Source of the DNA: Candidatus Methanosuratincola verstraetei
GTDB lineage: Archaea; Thermoproteota; Methanomethylicia; Methanomethylicales; Methanomethylicaceae
Direction: 5' to 3'
DNA: 64,000 nt
Assembly: GCA_049570475.1 (NCBI GenBank)
Contig: CP186953.1
Coordinates: 288,001 to 352,000 of the forward strand
Shown here one piece after another: positions 1-11,035 of this stretch. Made by a program: the position numbers and the translations under genes. A model generated the notes under the pieces. That model made no database searches, had not been told where the DNA came from, and saw nothing but the letters and a program-made list of their open reading frames with translations. Each line of letters begins with the position of its first letter. Position 1 is the stretch's first letter.

Positions 1-755
1 CGGCATCCCTTGAGGTGGACGAGGTATGGATCTGGAAGGATGTCGACGGGATAATGACCGCAGACCCGAAGATAATCAAGACTGCCAAAACCATACCTGT
101 GCTCTCATATCTCGAAGTGATGGAGATGGCTTACTTCGGCGCGAAGGTCCTGCACCCGCTGACGGTCACCCCCGTCCAGGAGAGATTGATCCCAATCAGG
201 ATAAGGAGCGCATACAACCCTTCAAACCCTGGAACATTGATCAGGGAGAAGAGCGTGCCGAAGCCCACCGTCAAGGCGATAACTGCAATCAAGGGGATGA
301 GCATAATCACCACTGGAGGGGCAGGGATGATCGGGGTCCCGAGCGTAGTGGCCCGCGTCTTCTCGACCCTTTCCTCGAACGGAATAAATGTCGCGATGAT
401 CTCCCAGAGCTCCTCCCAAGCAAACATCTCGATGGTCGTCAAGAATGAGGAGCTCGAGAAGGCACTGAAGGCACTGAAGATCGAGTTCAGGAACGGGGAT
501 CTAATAAGGGACATACACTCGATTCCAGATGTTGCGATCATAGCCATCGTCGGCGAGGGCATGCGGGGGACTAAAGGAGTCGCTGCAAAGCTCTTCAACG
601 CAGTCGCCAATGCCGGGATCAACGTCCTGATGATCTCCCAAGGGTCGTCGGAGCTCAACATTTCGTTCGCAATCCAAGAGATCGATCTGAACAGAGCAGT
701 CGAGGCAATACATGCAGCCTTCGAGCTTGACAAAATGGGCGAAAATGCCGCCTGA
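1..755 (+). CDS. lysC: Aspartate kinase, C-terminal part (truncated by window start)
   Basis: IWKDVDGIMTADP and EMAYFGAKVLHP kinase motifs followed by two ACT domains (MISQSSS, MISQGSSE). Confidence 0.9.
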   Translation, partial: ASLEVDEVWIWKDVDGIMTADPKIIKTAKTIPVLSYLEVMEMAYFGAKVLHPLTVTPVQERLIPIRIRSAYNPSNPGTLIREKSVPKPTVKAITAIKGMSIITTGGAGMIGVPSVVARVFSTLSSNGINVAMISQSSSQANISMVVKNEELEKALKALKIEFRNGDLIRDIHSIPDVAIIAIVGEGMRGTKGVAAKLFNAVANAGINVLMISQGSSELNISFAIQEIDLNRAVEAIHAAFELDKMGENAA

Positions 756-908
756 GAAATGGGACTTCATGCGTCCCGACGGGTTAGAACAGCACCCGCC
801 AAAATTCAAAATCCATTTTTCTTTCGCATTATTCCAGTAGCCAAAATGCGGAAAAGCCCCGATTTTTGACGATCCTAAAAGATAAAAAAATAAACTGAAA
901 AGAAAAGC

Positions 909-1916
909 TCACGCGAGCTTTTCTGCCACAGCCTTCGCAAAGTCCATGGTGCCTGCAGTGCCGCCCAGATCCCGGGTCACAGTCTTGCCTTCCTCGAGCA
1001 CTGCGTCGATGGCCTTCTCAAGGCGGTTCCCTGCGTCGACTTCCCCAAGGTATCTAAGCATCATGCAGGAGGAGAGCATAAGCGCTGCCGGGTTTGCGTC
1101 CCACTTCCCGGCATGCTTCGGTGCAGTCCCGTGGATTGCCTCGAAGAAGGCGTACCGGTCGCCTATGTTGGCGCTTGGCGCAAGCCCTAAGCCCCCCACC
1201 ACACCAGCAGCCTCGTCGGAGAGTATGTCACCGAAAAGGTTTGTCGTCACTATCACGTCTATGTCCTGCGGTCGCATCGCAATGCGCATGGCAGCCGCAT
1301 CAACATGCATCTCGTCGAAGGCTATGTCAGGGTAGCCCTTTGCAACCTCTGCGCAAACAGACCTGAAGATGCCGCAGGTCTCCTTGAGAACGTTGGCTTT
1401 GTGCACTGCGGTCACCTTCTTGCGCTTCTCCCTCCGCGCAAGCTCGAAGGCAAACCGGGCGATCCGCTCTGATCCCTTCCTGGTTATCTTCCTTATTGTT
1501 ATCGCAGAGTCGCCGATGGGGTACTCGATGCCAGAGTAGAGGCCCTCAGTGTTCTCCCTTACGATTATCAAGTCAACATTCTTGTGCACCGAAGGCACAT
1601 TGGGGTGGTTCTTCACCGGGCGCACATTCGCATACAGGTCGAGGATCTGCCTGAGGGTGACCGTGGCGCTCCTGAACGAACCTGGCCCTGGGGGCGTCTG
1701 AGTCGGCCCCTTCAGGCAGGCGTCAGAAGCCTTTATGATATCTATGGTCTCCTCAGGGAGCTGGTTCCCGTACTTCTCCCAGGCATTGAGCCCAGCCGCG
1801 ACCTTTGTGAATTCGAACTTCAATCCGAGCGCATTAAGCGCGTAGATCGCTGCCTCGGTGATCTCCGGCCCTATTCCATCGCCAGTTATAACCGCTATTT
1901 TGTAGGTCCTTCCCAT
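909..1916 (-). CDS. Isopropylmalate/homoisocitrate dehydrogenase family (LeuB/AksF)
   Basis: [33 protein letters not shown] motifs; last gene of an operon with aconitase-type subunits. Confidence 0.9.
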   Translation of the reverse strand: MGRTYKIAVITGDGIGPEITEAAIYALNALGLKFEFTKVAAGLNAWEKYGNQLPEETIDIIKASDACLKGPTQTPPGPGSFRSATVTLRQILDLYANVRPVKNHPNVPSVHKNVDLIIVRENTEGLYSGIEYPIGDSAITIRKITRKGSERIARFAFELARREKRKKVTAVHKANVLKETCGIFRSVCAEVAKGYPDIAFDEMHVDAAAMRIAMRPQDIDVIVTTNLFGDILSDEAAGVVGGLGLAPSANIGDRYAFFEAIHGTAPKHAGKWDANPAALMLSSCMMLRYLGEVDAGNRLEKAIDAVLEEGKTVTRDLGGTAGTMDFAKAVAEKLA

Positions 1917-2416
1917 ACGAAACTTCCTCTCTTTTTGTAGTGCTCTACCAACCCTCCGTCCTGGAGGATTGTCATCAGGAATCCGGGTATGGGCTTGAAA
2001 TAAAAGGCTTTTCCTCGGGACAATACCTTGCCCTCGGTCAGCCTTATCTCGACTGTGTCACCTGTCTCGACTTCGCTGTAGAGTTCTGGGCATTCCACCA
2101 GCGGCAGCCCGACGTTGAAGGAGTTCCTGTAGAAGATGCGCGCGAATGACTTTGCCACTACCGCGCTGACGCCAGCGTGCTTGAGTACGAGCGGGGCCTG
2201 CTCCCGGCTGGAGCCGCAACCGAAGTTCTCGCCTGCGACTATGATGTCCCCTTTCGAGACCTTTGAGGCAAACTCAGGGTCTGCGCCCTCCATGGCATGC
2301 TTGGCGAGATCATCCAAGTCTATAGTCTTGAACTTATACTTCCCCGGTATTATTAGGTCGGTCGAGATGTCGTCACCGAACTTCCATACCCTTCCAACAA
2401 TTGCCTCCATTTTCAC
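1895..2416 (-). CDS. 3-isopropylmalate dehydratase/homoaconitase small subunit (LeuD/AksE)
   Basis: [33 protein letters not shown] motifs. Confidence 0.9.
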   Translation of the reverse strand: MKMEAIVGRVWKFGDDISTDLIIPGKYKFKTIDLDDLAKHAMEGADPEFASKVSKGDIIVAGENFGCGSSREQAPLVLKHAGVSAVVAKSFARIFYRNSFNVGLPLVECPELYSEVETGDTVEIRLTEGKVLSRGKAFYFKPIPGFLMTILQDGGLVEHYKKRGSFVWEGPTK

Positions 2417-3660
2417 AACACCTTCTCCGGAACGGTTATCCTTCCATTCAGCGCGCAGTAAGCGGCGGTTAGAGGCGAAGAGAGGTAGATGCTCGCATCA
2501 GCGCAGCCCATCCTCCCCTTGAAGTTCCTGTTGGTCGTAGAGATCACTATCTCGCCGGGCGACGGCACGCCGTGGTGCCCCCCGACGCATGGCCCACACC
2601 CAGGGACGCCGACTGCGCATCCGCTCTTCACAAGCTCTTCGATGATCCCTTTTTTCAGCGCAGCCAGGTAGGTCTCCCGGGAGGCTGGCATGACTATGGT
2701 CCTCGCCTTCACCTTCTTGCCCCTCATGACCCTTGCAGCAACCTCGAGATCCTCAAGGCGTCCGTTAGTGCAGGAGCCTATGAAGACCTGATCGACTTGG
2801 ATTCCTTCCAACTCAGAGACTGCTTTGACGTTGTCGACCTGGTGGGGGCAGGACATCATTGGCTCGAGCTTCGCAGCCTCTATCTCGAGCACATCGGAGT
2901 AGTGCGCGTCAGGGTCAGCAGACAGCTCTAGGAATGGCACCTGGATCCGCCCCTCCAAGAACTGCCTTGTGACCCCGTCCGACGCGATCAGCCCAGTCTT
3001 GCCTCCCATCTCGACTGCCATGTTGGTCATCGCCATCCTGCTGTCTACTGACATCCGACCAACGGCGTCACCAGTGAACTCGACAGACATGTAGGTGGCG
3101 CCGTCAGCCCCGACCTCGCCTATCGCATACAGAATGGCATCCTTTGACATCACGTTCCTTGGCATCTCGCCAGCGATATTTATCCGGAAAGTCTCAGGAA
3201 CCTTGAACCAGAGCTTCCCCGACGCGAAGACAGCGGCCATGTCGGTGGATCCTATCCCCGTGGAGAATGCCGCAAAGGCGCCGTGCGTGCACGTGTGCGA
3301 GTCCGCGCCAACGACTACCCCGCCAGGGAAGACGTGCCCCTTCTCAGGCAGGAGCTGGTGGCATATCCCCTCCCCGACGTCATAGAGGGTTACCCCATGC
3401 TTCTTCGCGAAGTCCCGCATCATCTTGTGGAGCGCGGATGTCCCCTCGTTTGAGCTTGGGGAGATGTGGTCAATCACAAAGACTGCCTTCTTCCCATCCC
3501 AGACTTTTTTGGCACCCATGCCCTCGAAGCTCTTTATCATGAGCGGGGCGGTCCCGTCCTGAGCCATCGCCGCATCGATCGGGAGGACTACGATCTCCCC
3601 CGGCGAGGGGGTTCGCCCGATCTTCCTTGATATGATCTTCTCGGCAAGTGTCATTCCCAT
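2413..3660 (-). CDS. 3-isopropylmalate dehydratase/homoaconitase large subunit (LeuC/AksD)
   Basis: [36 protein letters not shown] aconitase-family motifs. Confidence 0.92.
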   Translation of the reverse strand: MGMTLAEKIISRKIGRTPSPGEIVVLPIDAAMAQDGTAPLMIKSFEGMGAKKVWDGKKAVFVIDHISPSSNEGTSALHKMMRDFAKKHGVTLYDVGEGICHQLLPEKGHVFPGGVVVGADSHTCTHGAFAAFSTGIGSTDMAAVFASGKLWFKVPETFRINIAGEMPRNVMSKDAILYAIGEVGADGATYMSVEFTGDAVGRMSVDSRMAMTNMAVEMGGKTGLIASDGVTRQFLEGRIQVPFLELSADPDAHYSDVLEIEAAKLEPMMSCPHQVDNVKAVSELEGIQVDQVFIGSCTNGRLEDLEVAARVMRGKKVKARTIVMPASRETYLAALKKGIIEELVKSGCAVGVPGCGPCVGGHHGVPSPGEIVISTTNRNFKGRMGCADASIYLSSPLTAAYCALNGRITVPEKVL

Positions 3661-3790
3661 TGATCGACACCAGACTTCCTTTTTAAAAGAGCTTTGATTT
3701 TAAACCTATCGCAAGCATGGTGACCACACTAGGAAAGCGTTATAATTGTACCTCAGGGAGAGAGATACACAGCCAGGATGGGATGAAGGG

Positions 3791-4243
3791 ATGGGGAAGG
3801 AGGAGGGCTCAGCAACGGAGGCAGAAGGAGAGTCAGAGAGGAAAGGGGTTGAGAGGTTCAGCATCTCGGTCGAGCCCGAGCTCGTGAGGGAGTTCGACAG
3901 CCTTCTTGAGAAACTCGGCCAGAACAGATCCAAAGCCATACAGCAGGCAATGCGCCTCTTCCTCTCCGAGCACTACTGGGCTGAGGGGGAGGGGGAGTGC
4001 GCGGGCGCGGTAGTCGTCGTGTACGACCACAGCGCAAGGCTGGCTGAGGAAGAGTTGACCGACCTGCAGCACGATTTCAGGGATGCGATCAACTCGGTTC
4101 TGCACATACACGTCGACGAAAGGAACTGCCTAGAGATCATAGCGGTCAGGGGCAGGATAGGGAGGGTGAAAGGGCTGATCGAGTCCCTGGAGAAGGGCAA
4201 GGGCGTGAAGCAAATAAAGCATACGATAGTCTCAATCAAGTGA
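3791..4243 (+). CDS. nikR: Nickel-responsive transcriptional regulator NikR
   Basis: RHH N-terminus (RFSISV...NRSKAI) and H-x-H-x4-C Ni site (LHIHVDERNCLE); ATG 3791 preferred over ORF-track start 3746. Confidence 0.88.
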   Translation: MGKEEGSATEAEGESERKGVERFSISVEPELVREFDSLLEKLGQNRSKAIQQAMRLFLSEHYWAEGEGECAGAVVVVYDHSARLAEEELTDLQHDFRDAINSVLHIHVDERNCLEIIAVRGRIGRVKGLIESLEKGKGVKQIKHTIVSIK

Positions 4244-4250
4244 ATGAGGT

Positions 4251-5075
4251 TCAATTGGAGGTTGGATCTGCACAAGATTGGCCTTTTTGGCTCGGCGAAG
4301 CCCTTACCACGCCGAAGCCAGCCGTCCGGCCCTTTCCGACGTTGGAGAACTCTGCCAAAGACGCAAGGCAACAAGTAAAACGCTGCCACTGCTCATTGCC
4401 TTCAAAATTGTATGTGATCCTTCCAGTAAAACCAACTATTCTACCCTTAGAAGTTATCTTAAGCTCAGTCCTGAGCGAGTAATAGGACACCCAGCTGCTT
4501 GAACCGAGCCATTCCAGATACTCTTTGGACTTGTCACACTCAAGAGGGCACCCTGAAAAAAGATTCCACAGCTCAACGAGCCCTCCAAAAACTTTCTTCT
4601 GTTCTGGAAAGAGATGCTCCCTTGCCTGACCTAGCGCAGAAAAACGCGTTGGGGTCAAAAACTCGATATGCAAGCGCTCTGCCGGGAATGCATCGGCGCA
4701 CATATCTTGGTAAGATTTTGCTTTTACCCTAACAGACTCGATCCGCAGCGATTTATCACGGATCATTATAGAGTTCTTTTTTTCGAATATGCTGAGGAGT
4801 TCATGGGTGTGCTTTTCATTCAAAAAACGAATTCTGAAAGAACATGGCGAAGAAGGATCCAAAATGTAACCTGAAGAATTCCGTTGCTTGCTCTTGAAGA
4901 AAAGCGGCGTGACTGAATAAGGCTTAGTAATGTTTGGCTCATGGAGATCTTGAGATGAAGATGGATTGACCTGCCTTATAATGTTCAGAAGGATGCCTCG
5001 GGAGACGTAACCAGTAAACGAAGGCAATTGGAGCTCTTCCTCAAGCCTAAGGACAAATTCGAATTCTGTAGGCAT
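4251..5075 (-). CDS. cas6: CRISPR endoribonuclease Cas6
   Basis: KPYSVTPL, FLTPTRF, C-terminal G-rich loop VGKGRTAGFGVV; last gene of cas operon. Confidence 0.9.
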   Translation of the reverse strand: MPTEFEFVLRLEEELQLPSFTGYVSRGILLNIIRQVNPSSSQDLHEPNITKPYSVTPLFFKSKQRNSSGYILDPSSPCSFRIRFLNEKHTHELLSIFEKKNSIMIRDKSLRIESVRVKAKSYQDMCADAFPAERLHIEFLTPTRFSALGQAREHLFPEQKKVFGGLVELWNLFSGCPLECDKSKEYLEWLGSSSWVSYYSLRTELKITSKGRIVGFTGRITYNFEGNEQWQRFTCCLASLAEFSNVGKGRTAGFGVVRASPSQKGQSCADPTSN

Positions 5076-5124
5076 GAAGCACCCTCTTCTTGTGTGTTGG
5101 ACATCGCCTCAGGTTGAAGTGAAA

Positions 5125-6297
5125 TCAAGGAAGTAAAGATGTGAAGTATACCATATTCCTGCAGAAATCATACAGGCGTTTGTTGTCCCTGTTCTCTTTA
5201 TTTTTTACATTCTCATAATCGTAAGACAGAACTGTCTTTGACGACCGCAACATCAGTTCCTCTCGAGATCTCCTGTCTCCTTGCGATGCCGCAAACAGCA
5301 GTTTTAAAAGATCTCTTTCGGAATCGGCCTCCTTTTCCCACATAGCTGTACGGATGATCCATTGAATCGACTTCTTCCCATTGCCACTGTTGACTCTCCT
5401 AAGGAACTCGTTCGCCCTTGCCCTATAGGAAGCCAGAGGGACATTTAGACCAATTCTAATCTCTGCCGGCGACATGCCCGCTGGATTCTTCATGCCTACA
5501 ACGAGCAGCTCGTCCAAATATACAGGAAGATTCATGGCCATCCACATTATCATGCCTTCTTCTGGCTTGAAACCAGGAAAATCTTTCATCGAGTCAAGCA
5601 TTAACTCAAAATTGCTTCTTGTGTATCCGAGATCGGTTGGGAGGGCAAGCACCGTTAAATAGATTGGTTTATTTCCAGAAGGAATCATGACATTCCCTAT
5701 TCTTGCAATAGAGTATCCAGCTAAACGGATCAGAAATTCCCAAGTGGATAGTTTTGCCTCATCCCCTGAAACCTCTTCTGATTTGAATTTTCCATCGAAA
5801 TAGGGTCCCCTTGTATAACCATACAATTCAGGTTTGAATATCGATATAGGAGAATGTATCTTTTCTGCTTCTGCCAAAGATTTGAACCCTTTCATGTCCA
5901 TTTTTTCTAAATACTGACCAAATTGATGAAATACTTCTACAAAATTAGTGTCCGTTGGAATTTTCAGGTCTCTTTTTATCTTTACCAAGATGTCCTTGTC
6001 ATTTCCGCTTGCAGGTATATCGACTCTGGGCTTCTTTTCACTCTTTTTACTAACAGTATCGGCTTCAGTTTCTTCTTTAAGTGGATTCCGCTCAACATAA
6101 TTTCGAAGCCGATCTTCGGCTTTATAAAAGACTTCAGCAAAAAGGGATGGCAAAGGGGCACCTTTGGATTGAACTTTTATCCGGTTGCCTTCTATCCTTA
6201 GATCGGCCTTCTCCTTATCCATCATATTTACAAAGCTAATTACATAATGTCTGACTATTCCGAAGTTCGAAATTTTCAATTCCACGGATTCATGCAT
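5125..6297 (-). CDS. cas8a: Type I-A Cascade large subunit (Cas8a/Csa4-like), divergent
   Basis: Position between cas3'' and cas6 in a I-A operon; SIFKPELYGYTRGP resembles the Cas8a2 motif; mostly positional. Confidence 0.6.
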   Translation of the reverse strand: MHESVELKISNFGIVRHYVISFVNMMDKEKADLRIEGNRIKVQSKGAPLPSLFAEVFYKAEDRLRNYVERNPLKEETEADTVSKKSEKKPRVDIPASGNDKDILVKIKRDLKIPTDTNFVEVFHQFGQYLEKMDMKGFKSLAEAEKIHSPISIFKPELYGYTRGPYFDGKFKSEEVSGDEAKLSTWEFLIRLAGYSIARIGNVMIPSGNKPIYLTVLALPTDLGYTRSNFELMLDSMKDFPGFKPEEGMIMWMAMNLPVYLDELLVVGMKNPAGMSPAEIRIGLNVPLASYRARANEFLRRVNSGNGKKSIQWIIRTAMWEKEADSERDLLKLLFAASQGDRRSREELMLRSSKTVLSYDYENVKNKENRDNKRLYDFCRNMVYFTSLLP

Positions 6298-6988
6298 CTA
6301 AAGTTTCCTCCAATTCCTCGACAAACTTGCTTCTCTTTTTGCTTATGCCTCTTGATTTAGCATCTATATTGTCCCCATAAATCACAGGATTCAAAACCAA
6401 ACAATAAAGCTTGGCATAACGACTTATGTTGGCACTACGGGTAACATTTCCCACCCATTTCATAAAAGCCATAGCATTTTCCTTCTCAATCCTCTGTAAC
6501 GAAAACTTCGTTCCAAAAACCTTTTCCGACAAAAGATCGATATCAGCCTTGAATTTACTAAAGCTCCAAGTATGATTTCTTGACTTTAGAAGATCTTCCT
6601 GCAATCTGTACGGGCGCATTGCAGTGTGATGAAAAAGCACTGCTAAGGACGCCAATAGAATTGACTCATAATCATTGCCTTTTTTTTCCATAAAAGTCTT
6701 GGTAATTATGGCTGAAGGAATCTCATGCAATGAAAAACTAGGTTTTTTGTTTTGCTGTGCCTCAAATTGCATTTGGTAATGGTCTGCAGCCTTGCCAGCG
6801 TCATGAAATGTCGAAGCGACCTTTACTATATAATTAAAGTCGCTAGATGAAAACGGTTTGTTTAAGACCGAACGTATCCTTCTCGCGCAAACCTCAGCAT
6901 AACATTTCCCTGAATATTTTAAAGCAATTTCTGAAGTGTTGATTGCGTGCGATTTCAATTCTTGATTTGTATAAGCAAGAGCGTTCAA
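6290..6988 (-). CDS. cas3'': CRISPR-associated HD nuclease Cas3''
   Basis: N-terminal H, FHDAGKA, HEIPS and FHH motifs; stand-alone HD gene typical of I-A. Confidence 0.9.
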   Translation of the reverse strand: MNALAYTNQELKSHAINTSEIALKYSGKCYAEVCARRIRSVLNKPFSSSDFNYIVKVASTFHDAGKAADHYQMQFEAQQNKKPSFSLHEIPSAIITKTFMEKKGNDYESILLASLAVLFHHTAMRPYRLQEDLLKSRNHTWSFSKFKADIDLLSEKVFGTKFSLQRIEKENAMAFMKWVGNVTRSANISRYAKLYCLVLNPVIYGDNIDAKSRGISKKRSKFVEELEETLDA

Positions 6989-6991
6989 TCT

Positions 6992-8671
6992 TTAATCCTC
7001 CAGCCAGACATAGCCTATTTCAGGATCGAATTCATCTAAGGCAATACCCTCGTATCCCTGGAGCTGCAGCTCTAACGAAAGGGATGGAGCCCCCAAAAGA
7101 GTTCTTAAACAGCTTTCGTCCTTGTCCAAATTTATTATTTCATTTTCTCTTACCACTTTCTTCCTAAGCTTCAACACGCGTTTTGCCTCAGCCTCAGAAA
7201 GGCCTACAGCAAACTCCCTTCTTTCGGCTGAAGGCACCTTTGACTCCATGAATCCGGTTACAATTCCAAAACTGTCTGTAAAACCTTTGTAAAATTCCAA
7301 CGCCCTGTCCACATTTGCAGAGTCTAGCAGTACAAAGTTGTCAAGCCAACTAAGAACCTCCCATAAACTTCTATCAACTTCAATAGACTCATCCCTATAG
7401 ACTTCGTCGATTATATCCCGATTAATCTGTTGCTTTTCAATAACCAAATCCAATGTTTTCTTGCATATGGACTGATCATAGGGTCCAAAGGAAGCATGTT
7501 TGCTTTCTTCAATTATGAAAACCTCCCCTGAATGTGCCCCTTTTTCTCTGGCGACCCTTCCGGAACGTTGCATCAACCTGTCCGCTGGGCAAGAAGCGGT
7601 TATCAATACATCAAAGCTTAAGTTGACGCCAGATTCGACAACTTGCGTTGCAACCGCTAGGTCAGGGGTATTTTCCGCCATATTTTCACCTGAAGAGATC
7701 TCATCAACTCTTTTTTTCCTGATGCCTTCCGGAAGCTTTCCATGTATTAGAAAAGGATCCAAGTGCTTGAGCTCATTAAAGCAATAAACGGCATCTCTTA
7801 CAGTATTGAAAGTGCAGAGCACCTTCTTTCCTTCCCTCAAGAAACGTTCACATAGTTCTGGAACGGTATCTCTCTGAATTTTGTGAAAATTGATTGTCCT
7901 TGATCTCCGATCTTCTTCGAATGCCTGGTCATCTCCTTTAGAGTAAATTTTTTCTATAATAGTTATACCATATTCGCCAAGTTTTTTGACCAAAAGTTTT
8001 TTCATTATTGATGGCATAGTCGCCGTCATAACTATTACAGGCACACCAGCCAGGCACAGAGACTTGATGGCGGAGAGCACGGAGGTCAAAGATTTTGACA
8101 CTGCTTTAGCATCTTCGGTTCCAGTCCCCAGTTTTGAAAACAAATGGAACTCGTCGAATATAACAAATGCAGAGTAAATTTGTGCCCTAGGGAAGTCGAA
8201 ATGTGTGCCGCGCTCATCCAACACTCTCGAAAATTCTTTAACTGGAGCCTTGAAGAAATTCAAAACAAATGTGTCCAGAGTCGTAATCACCACTTTTTTT
8301 GCAAAGTATGGAGATTCTTGAAGGCCAAGATGCTGTATTGCGACTTTCCTTTCAAATTCGCCGTTTTCATTCTCTTGCTTTAGGCAGGAAACAACCTCTT
8401 TCCCAAGCTGGTCAGCAATGCTACGCATAGGCAATACATGAATGATCCTTGAGAAAAAAGAATTGCCTTCAATCGCCCTTTTTGCCAAAGAAACAGTTAT
8501 AGTAGTCTTGCCATAAGAAGTTGGCAGATCCAACAACAGAAGAACAGGTTTTCCATTGCCTAATTGCATTTCGAGCTCTTTCAACCCTTCTGAGATTAGT
8601 CGCCTAGGAAACCAATTTCTTGATCTGCAAAAATCATCGTATGCAGACGAGATGCTTCCTTCATCGTTCAA
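6992..8671 (-). CDS. cas3': CRISPR-associated helicase Cas3'
   Basis: LPTSYGKT, DEFH, MTAT, ATQVVESGVN, QRSGRVAR SF2 helicase motifs. Confidence 0.93.
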   Translation of the reverse strand: MNDEGSISSAYDDFCRSRNWFPRRLISEGLKELEMQLGNGKPVLLLLDLPTSYGKTTITVSLAKRAIEGNSFFSRIIHVLPMRSIADQLGKEVVSCLKQENENGEFERKVAIQHLGLQESPYFAKKVVITTLDTFVLNFFKAPVKEFSRVLDERGTHFDFPRAQIYSAFVIFDEFHLFSKLGTGTEDAKAVSKSLTSVLSAIKSLCLAGVPVIVMTATMPSIMKKLLVKKLGEYGITIIEKIYSKGDDQAFEEDRRSRTINFHKIQRDTVPELCERFLREGKKVLCTFNTVRDAVYCFNELKHLDPFLIHGKLPEGIRKKRVDEISSGENMAENTPDLAVATQVVESGVNLSFDVLITASCPADRLMQRSGRVAREKGAHSGEVFIIEESKHASFGPYDQSICKKTLDLVIEKQQINRDIIDEVYRDESIEVDRSLWEVLSWLDNFVLLDSANVDRALEFYKGFTDSFGIVTGFMESKVPSAERREFAVGLSEAEAKRVLKLRKKVVRENEIINLDKDESCLRTLLGAPSLSLELQLQGYEGIALDEFDPEIGYVWLED

Positions 8672-9542
8672 GGATCATGACCTCATCGGAGGCGAATTCG
8701 TACGAAGATCCCTTAACCCGAACAGAAATTGCTTCAGACGATATAGGGGAGCGGCTGCCAGGTATGACATACTCTGAAAAAACAGGAGGATCGTCTCTAC
8801 CCCATCCGCCCTTCCAGAAGGCAAGTTTGTAGGATCTGAATTCCTCGCCTGTTCTAACTTCACCTGCTTCTGCTGGAAAATAGAGTTTTGTCTTTACAAC
8901 ATCTTCTGATTTTTTCTTGACCTCGACCAGCTCTGCCTTATTGACAGAAAATATTGACTCTTTGCTCCCTATCCTACTTATCGACCAGAGGGTTTCTTCT
9001 AAATTCCTGTCCCAAGGAGGCAGGATGTACTTTGAAAGCGTCTCCTCATCAAAAATAAAGAAGACAGTTGCTTTTCCTTTTGGATATAAAACTTTTCCTG
9101 AAGAGATAGCCCCTGTTCGATATTTCTCGAGATACCGCCTACCCCCAGCAGCCTTTTCCTCTGGCTTATCCTTTGTGGTGGTCTGAAAATGCACAGTAGT
9201 GTACTTATTTATGTCTTCCCACATTATTGCCTTCCCATTCAAGAACATCGAGGCACCAAGAAATGCATCCGCGAAAGAAGAGGCGGTGCTAAGTGGTGCA
9301 CATTTGCCATTAAAGACAGGAAATATTGTTTCGCCAACAATCTTTCCTTGGCCTACACTTTCTGCAAGAAGCCCCCGTCTAGCCAGTGGGAAAGCAAGTG
9401 CACCAATAAGCGAGGTAGGAGGTGGCAGAGGCAATGCTGACTGCTGCTTACTGGTTCCAGGGATCCTCACCCAATAGCCCCAATGATACTCGCCCTCTAT
9501 CCTTATCCCAAGCATCTGCCTCACGCCACCAGACCGGCTCAC
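8661..9542 (-). CDS. cas5: Type I-A Cas5
   Basis: WGYWVR...LPPPTSLIGALA and SRIGSKES RAMP motifs. Confidence 0.88.
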   Translation of the reverse strand: MSRSGGVRQMLGIRIEGEYHWGYWVRIPGTSKQQSALPLPPPTSLIGALAFPLARRGLLAESVGQGKIVGETIFPVFNGKCAPLSTASSFADAFLGASMFLNGKAIMWEDINKYTTVHFQTTTKDKPEEKAAGGRRYLEKYRTGAISSGKVLYPKGKATVFFIFDEETLSKYILPPWDRNLEETLWSISRIGSKESIFSVNKAELVEVKKKSEDVVKTKLYFPAEAGEVRTGEEFRSYKLAFWKGGWGRDDPPVFSEYVIPGSRSPISSEAISVRVKGSSYEFASDEVMILER

Positions 9543-10567
9543 GTTTCCAAGACTTTTTCAACAATTTCTTGGGCAAAATGCTCCAAGTTGTCCAGGACTT
9601 TGATTCCATCCAATTTTTCTTCGAGAGGCTCTTTCGTAAATGAAAGGATTTCTATTCGCCGCTCGAGCCCAAGCTTCTTCATAGTTTCGGTATAGCGGGT
9701 TGCCCTTCGGACGGTCTCCCCAATGAACCACCTCGAATTACCAGGGGACGCTGAAAAAGGACCGGGCGCAGATATGCAGGCCACAGCACCAAGCGGTTCA
9801 ATCGTCGGCAGGAACCTTGATCGCTTTGCGCCAAAGCACATAGTAGAAACTAGATCAACGAATGCCATAAGTGCTGCCTTTACCCTGGACTCTCGCTGCG
9901 ATTCGAGCGCATTCTCCTCTTCTGAAGGCATACCAAAAGCGGTTGATACTCGCGATATCCCATCTACATCCATATTATAAGTGAAGGTGTATACCGCAGA
10001 CCCCACCTCAACGTTGTATGGTATTTGCGCCCTTGTCTCGCCCAACTGACCTTTTTTCATTTCGGAAAGTGCGTGTCGAACATGGAATTGCGCTTCCAAA
10101 GCCGACGCGTTGACCTCTTCCAATGCAGGAATCATGTATCCAATCTGGAACCGCGATGTCCTTTTTATTGGTTTTTCGCCTGCGTACAAGAAGCCGCCCA
10201 CATCGCTCACGATATCCTTAAGCATTATTTGGCTCTCTACTTTTCGCAAATCATCCATACTGCCCGGAGGCTTTATGCCTTCTTCCTCCAAAAACTTGTC
10301 GTCAGTGAACTTTATGAACTCTCCCCTAGACGAATAAAGGCCGACTGGGAGATTCATCTCTTTTGCCCTTTTTACGAGCAATTCCTGGTATGCATGAGCT
10401 ATGGACTCGCCAGATATCGCCGGGACGTATCTTATTGTGTAGCCACCCGATTCGTTAACAACGATCGGAACAGTTCGATGCCTCGATAGGTTTCCTATTG
10501 ACTCTATTCCGTTAAGGCTTTCAACATTAACCAATAGTCTGAAAGACGTGCTCAGAAATCCCTTCAT
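9539..10567 (-). CDS. cas7: Type I-A Cas7 (Csa2/DevR)
   Basis: SLNGIESIGNLSRHR, VPAISGESIAHAYQ, DVGGFL, GAKRSRFLP motifs. Confidence 0.92.
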   Translation of the reverse strand: MKGFLSTSFRLLVNVESLNGIESIGNLSRHRTVPIVVNESGGYTIRYVPAISGESIAHAYQELLVKRAKEMNLPVGLYSSRGEFIKFTDDKFLEEEGIKPPGSMDDLRKVESQIMLKDIVSDVGGFLYAGEKPIKRTSRFQIGYMIPALEEVNASALEAQFHVRHALSEMKKGQLGETRAQIPYNVEVGSAVYTFTYNMDVDGISRVSTAFGMPSEEENALESQRESRVKAALMAFVDLVSTMCFGAKRSRFLPTIEPLGAVACISAPGPFSASPGNSRWFIGETVRRATRYTETMKKLGLERRIEILSFTKEPLEEKLDGIKVLDNLEHFAQEIVEKVLET

Positions 10568-11004
10568 TTTCTTATACCTCCATTCAATTGCGCTTTAGCA
10601 GAAAGATACATTGCCAACGATGCCAAAGATCTCGCAATGTGCGGATTTTTCTCGGCATCCTCCAAAAAAAGCTCTAATTCGGAAGTCTCGGCTATGTTTC
10701 CGTCAATAAAATACTCTCTTACATCGCTCTCTCCTCTTCCATCGCTCTCTTCTCTTACATCGCTCTCTCTTATCACTAGAATCCCCTGTTTTTTTTCATC
10801 TTTGCATTGCCTTATCTTCGGATTTTCGTCTTTTGAAACAGAGTTCAAAATTCTTGACATTTCATAAATTACCCGATTTACAGAGTCTGCCGAGAGTGCA
10901 TTTGACATGCGGTCAATCAAAGAATAACTTCCGAGGTATGTAGAAACTGCAGCAAGCGTGGACGCGACGTTTCGATATTCCTTCAAGAAAGAAGAGCCGC
11001 TCAT
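10564..11004 (-). CDS. csa5: Type I-A small subunit Csa5 (Cas11)
   Basis: First gene of operon before cas7; YSLIDRMSNALS and ARSLASLA helical motifs. Confidence 0.75.
   Translation of the reverse strand: MSGSSFLKEYRNVASTLAAVSTYLGSYSLIDRMSNALSADSVNRVIYEMSRILNSVSKDENPKIRQCKDEKKQGILVIRESDVREESDGRGESDVREYFIDGNIAETSELELFLEDAEKNPHIARSLASLAMYLSAKAQLNGGIRK
10716..10769. repeat. 3 x 18-bp in-frame tandem repeat inside csa5
   Basis: ctcttacatcgctctctc / ctcttccatcgctctctt / ctcttacatcgctctctc, encoding ESDVRE-ESDGRG-ESDVRE. Confidence 0.9.
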
Positions 11005-11035
11005 ACAAAACCCTAAAGTAGGGATTCTTTAAAAA

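Noticed and set aside
3746-4243. NikR as regulator of the cas operon
   Set aside because: It is convergent with cas6 and has host-like composition; adjacency is best explained by the island insertion point.
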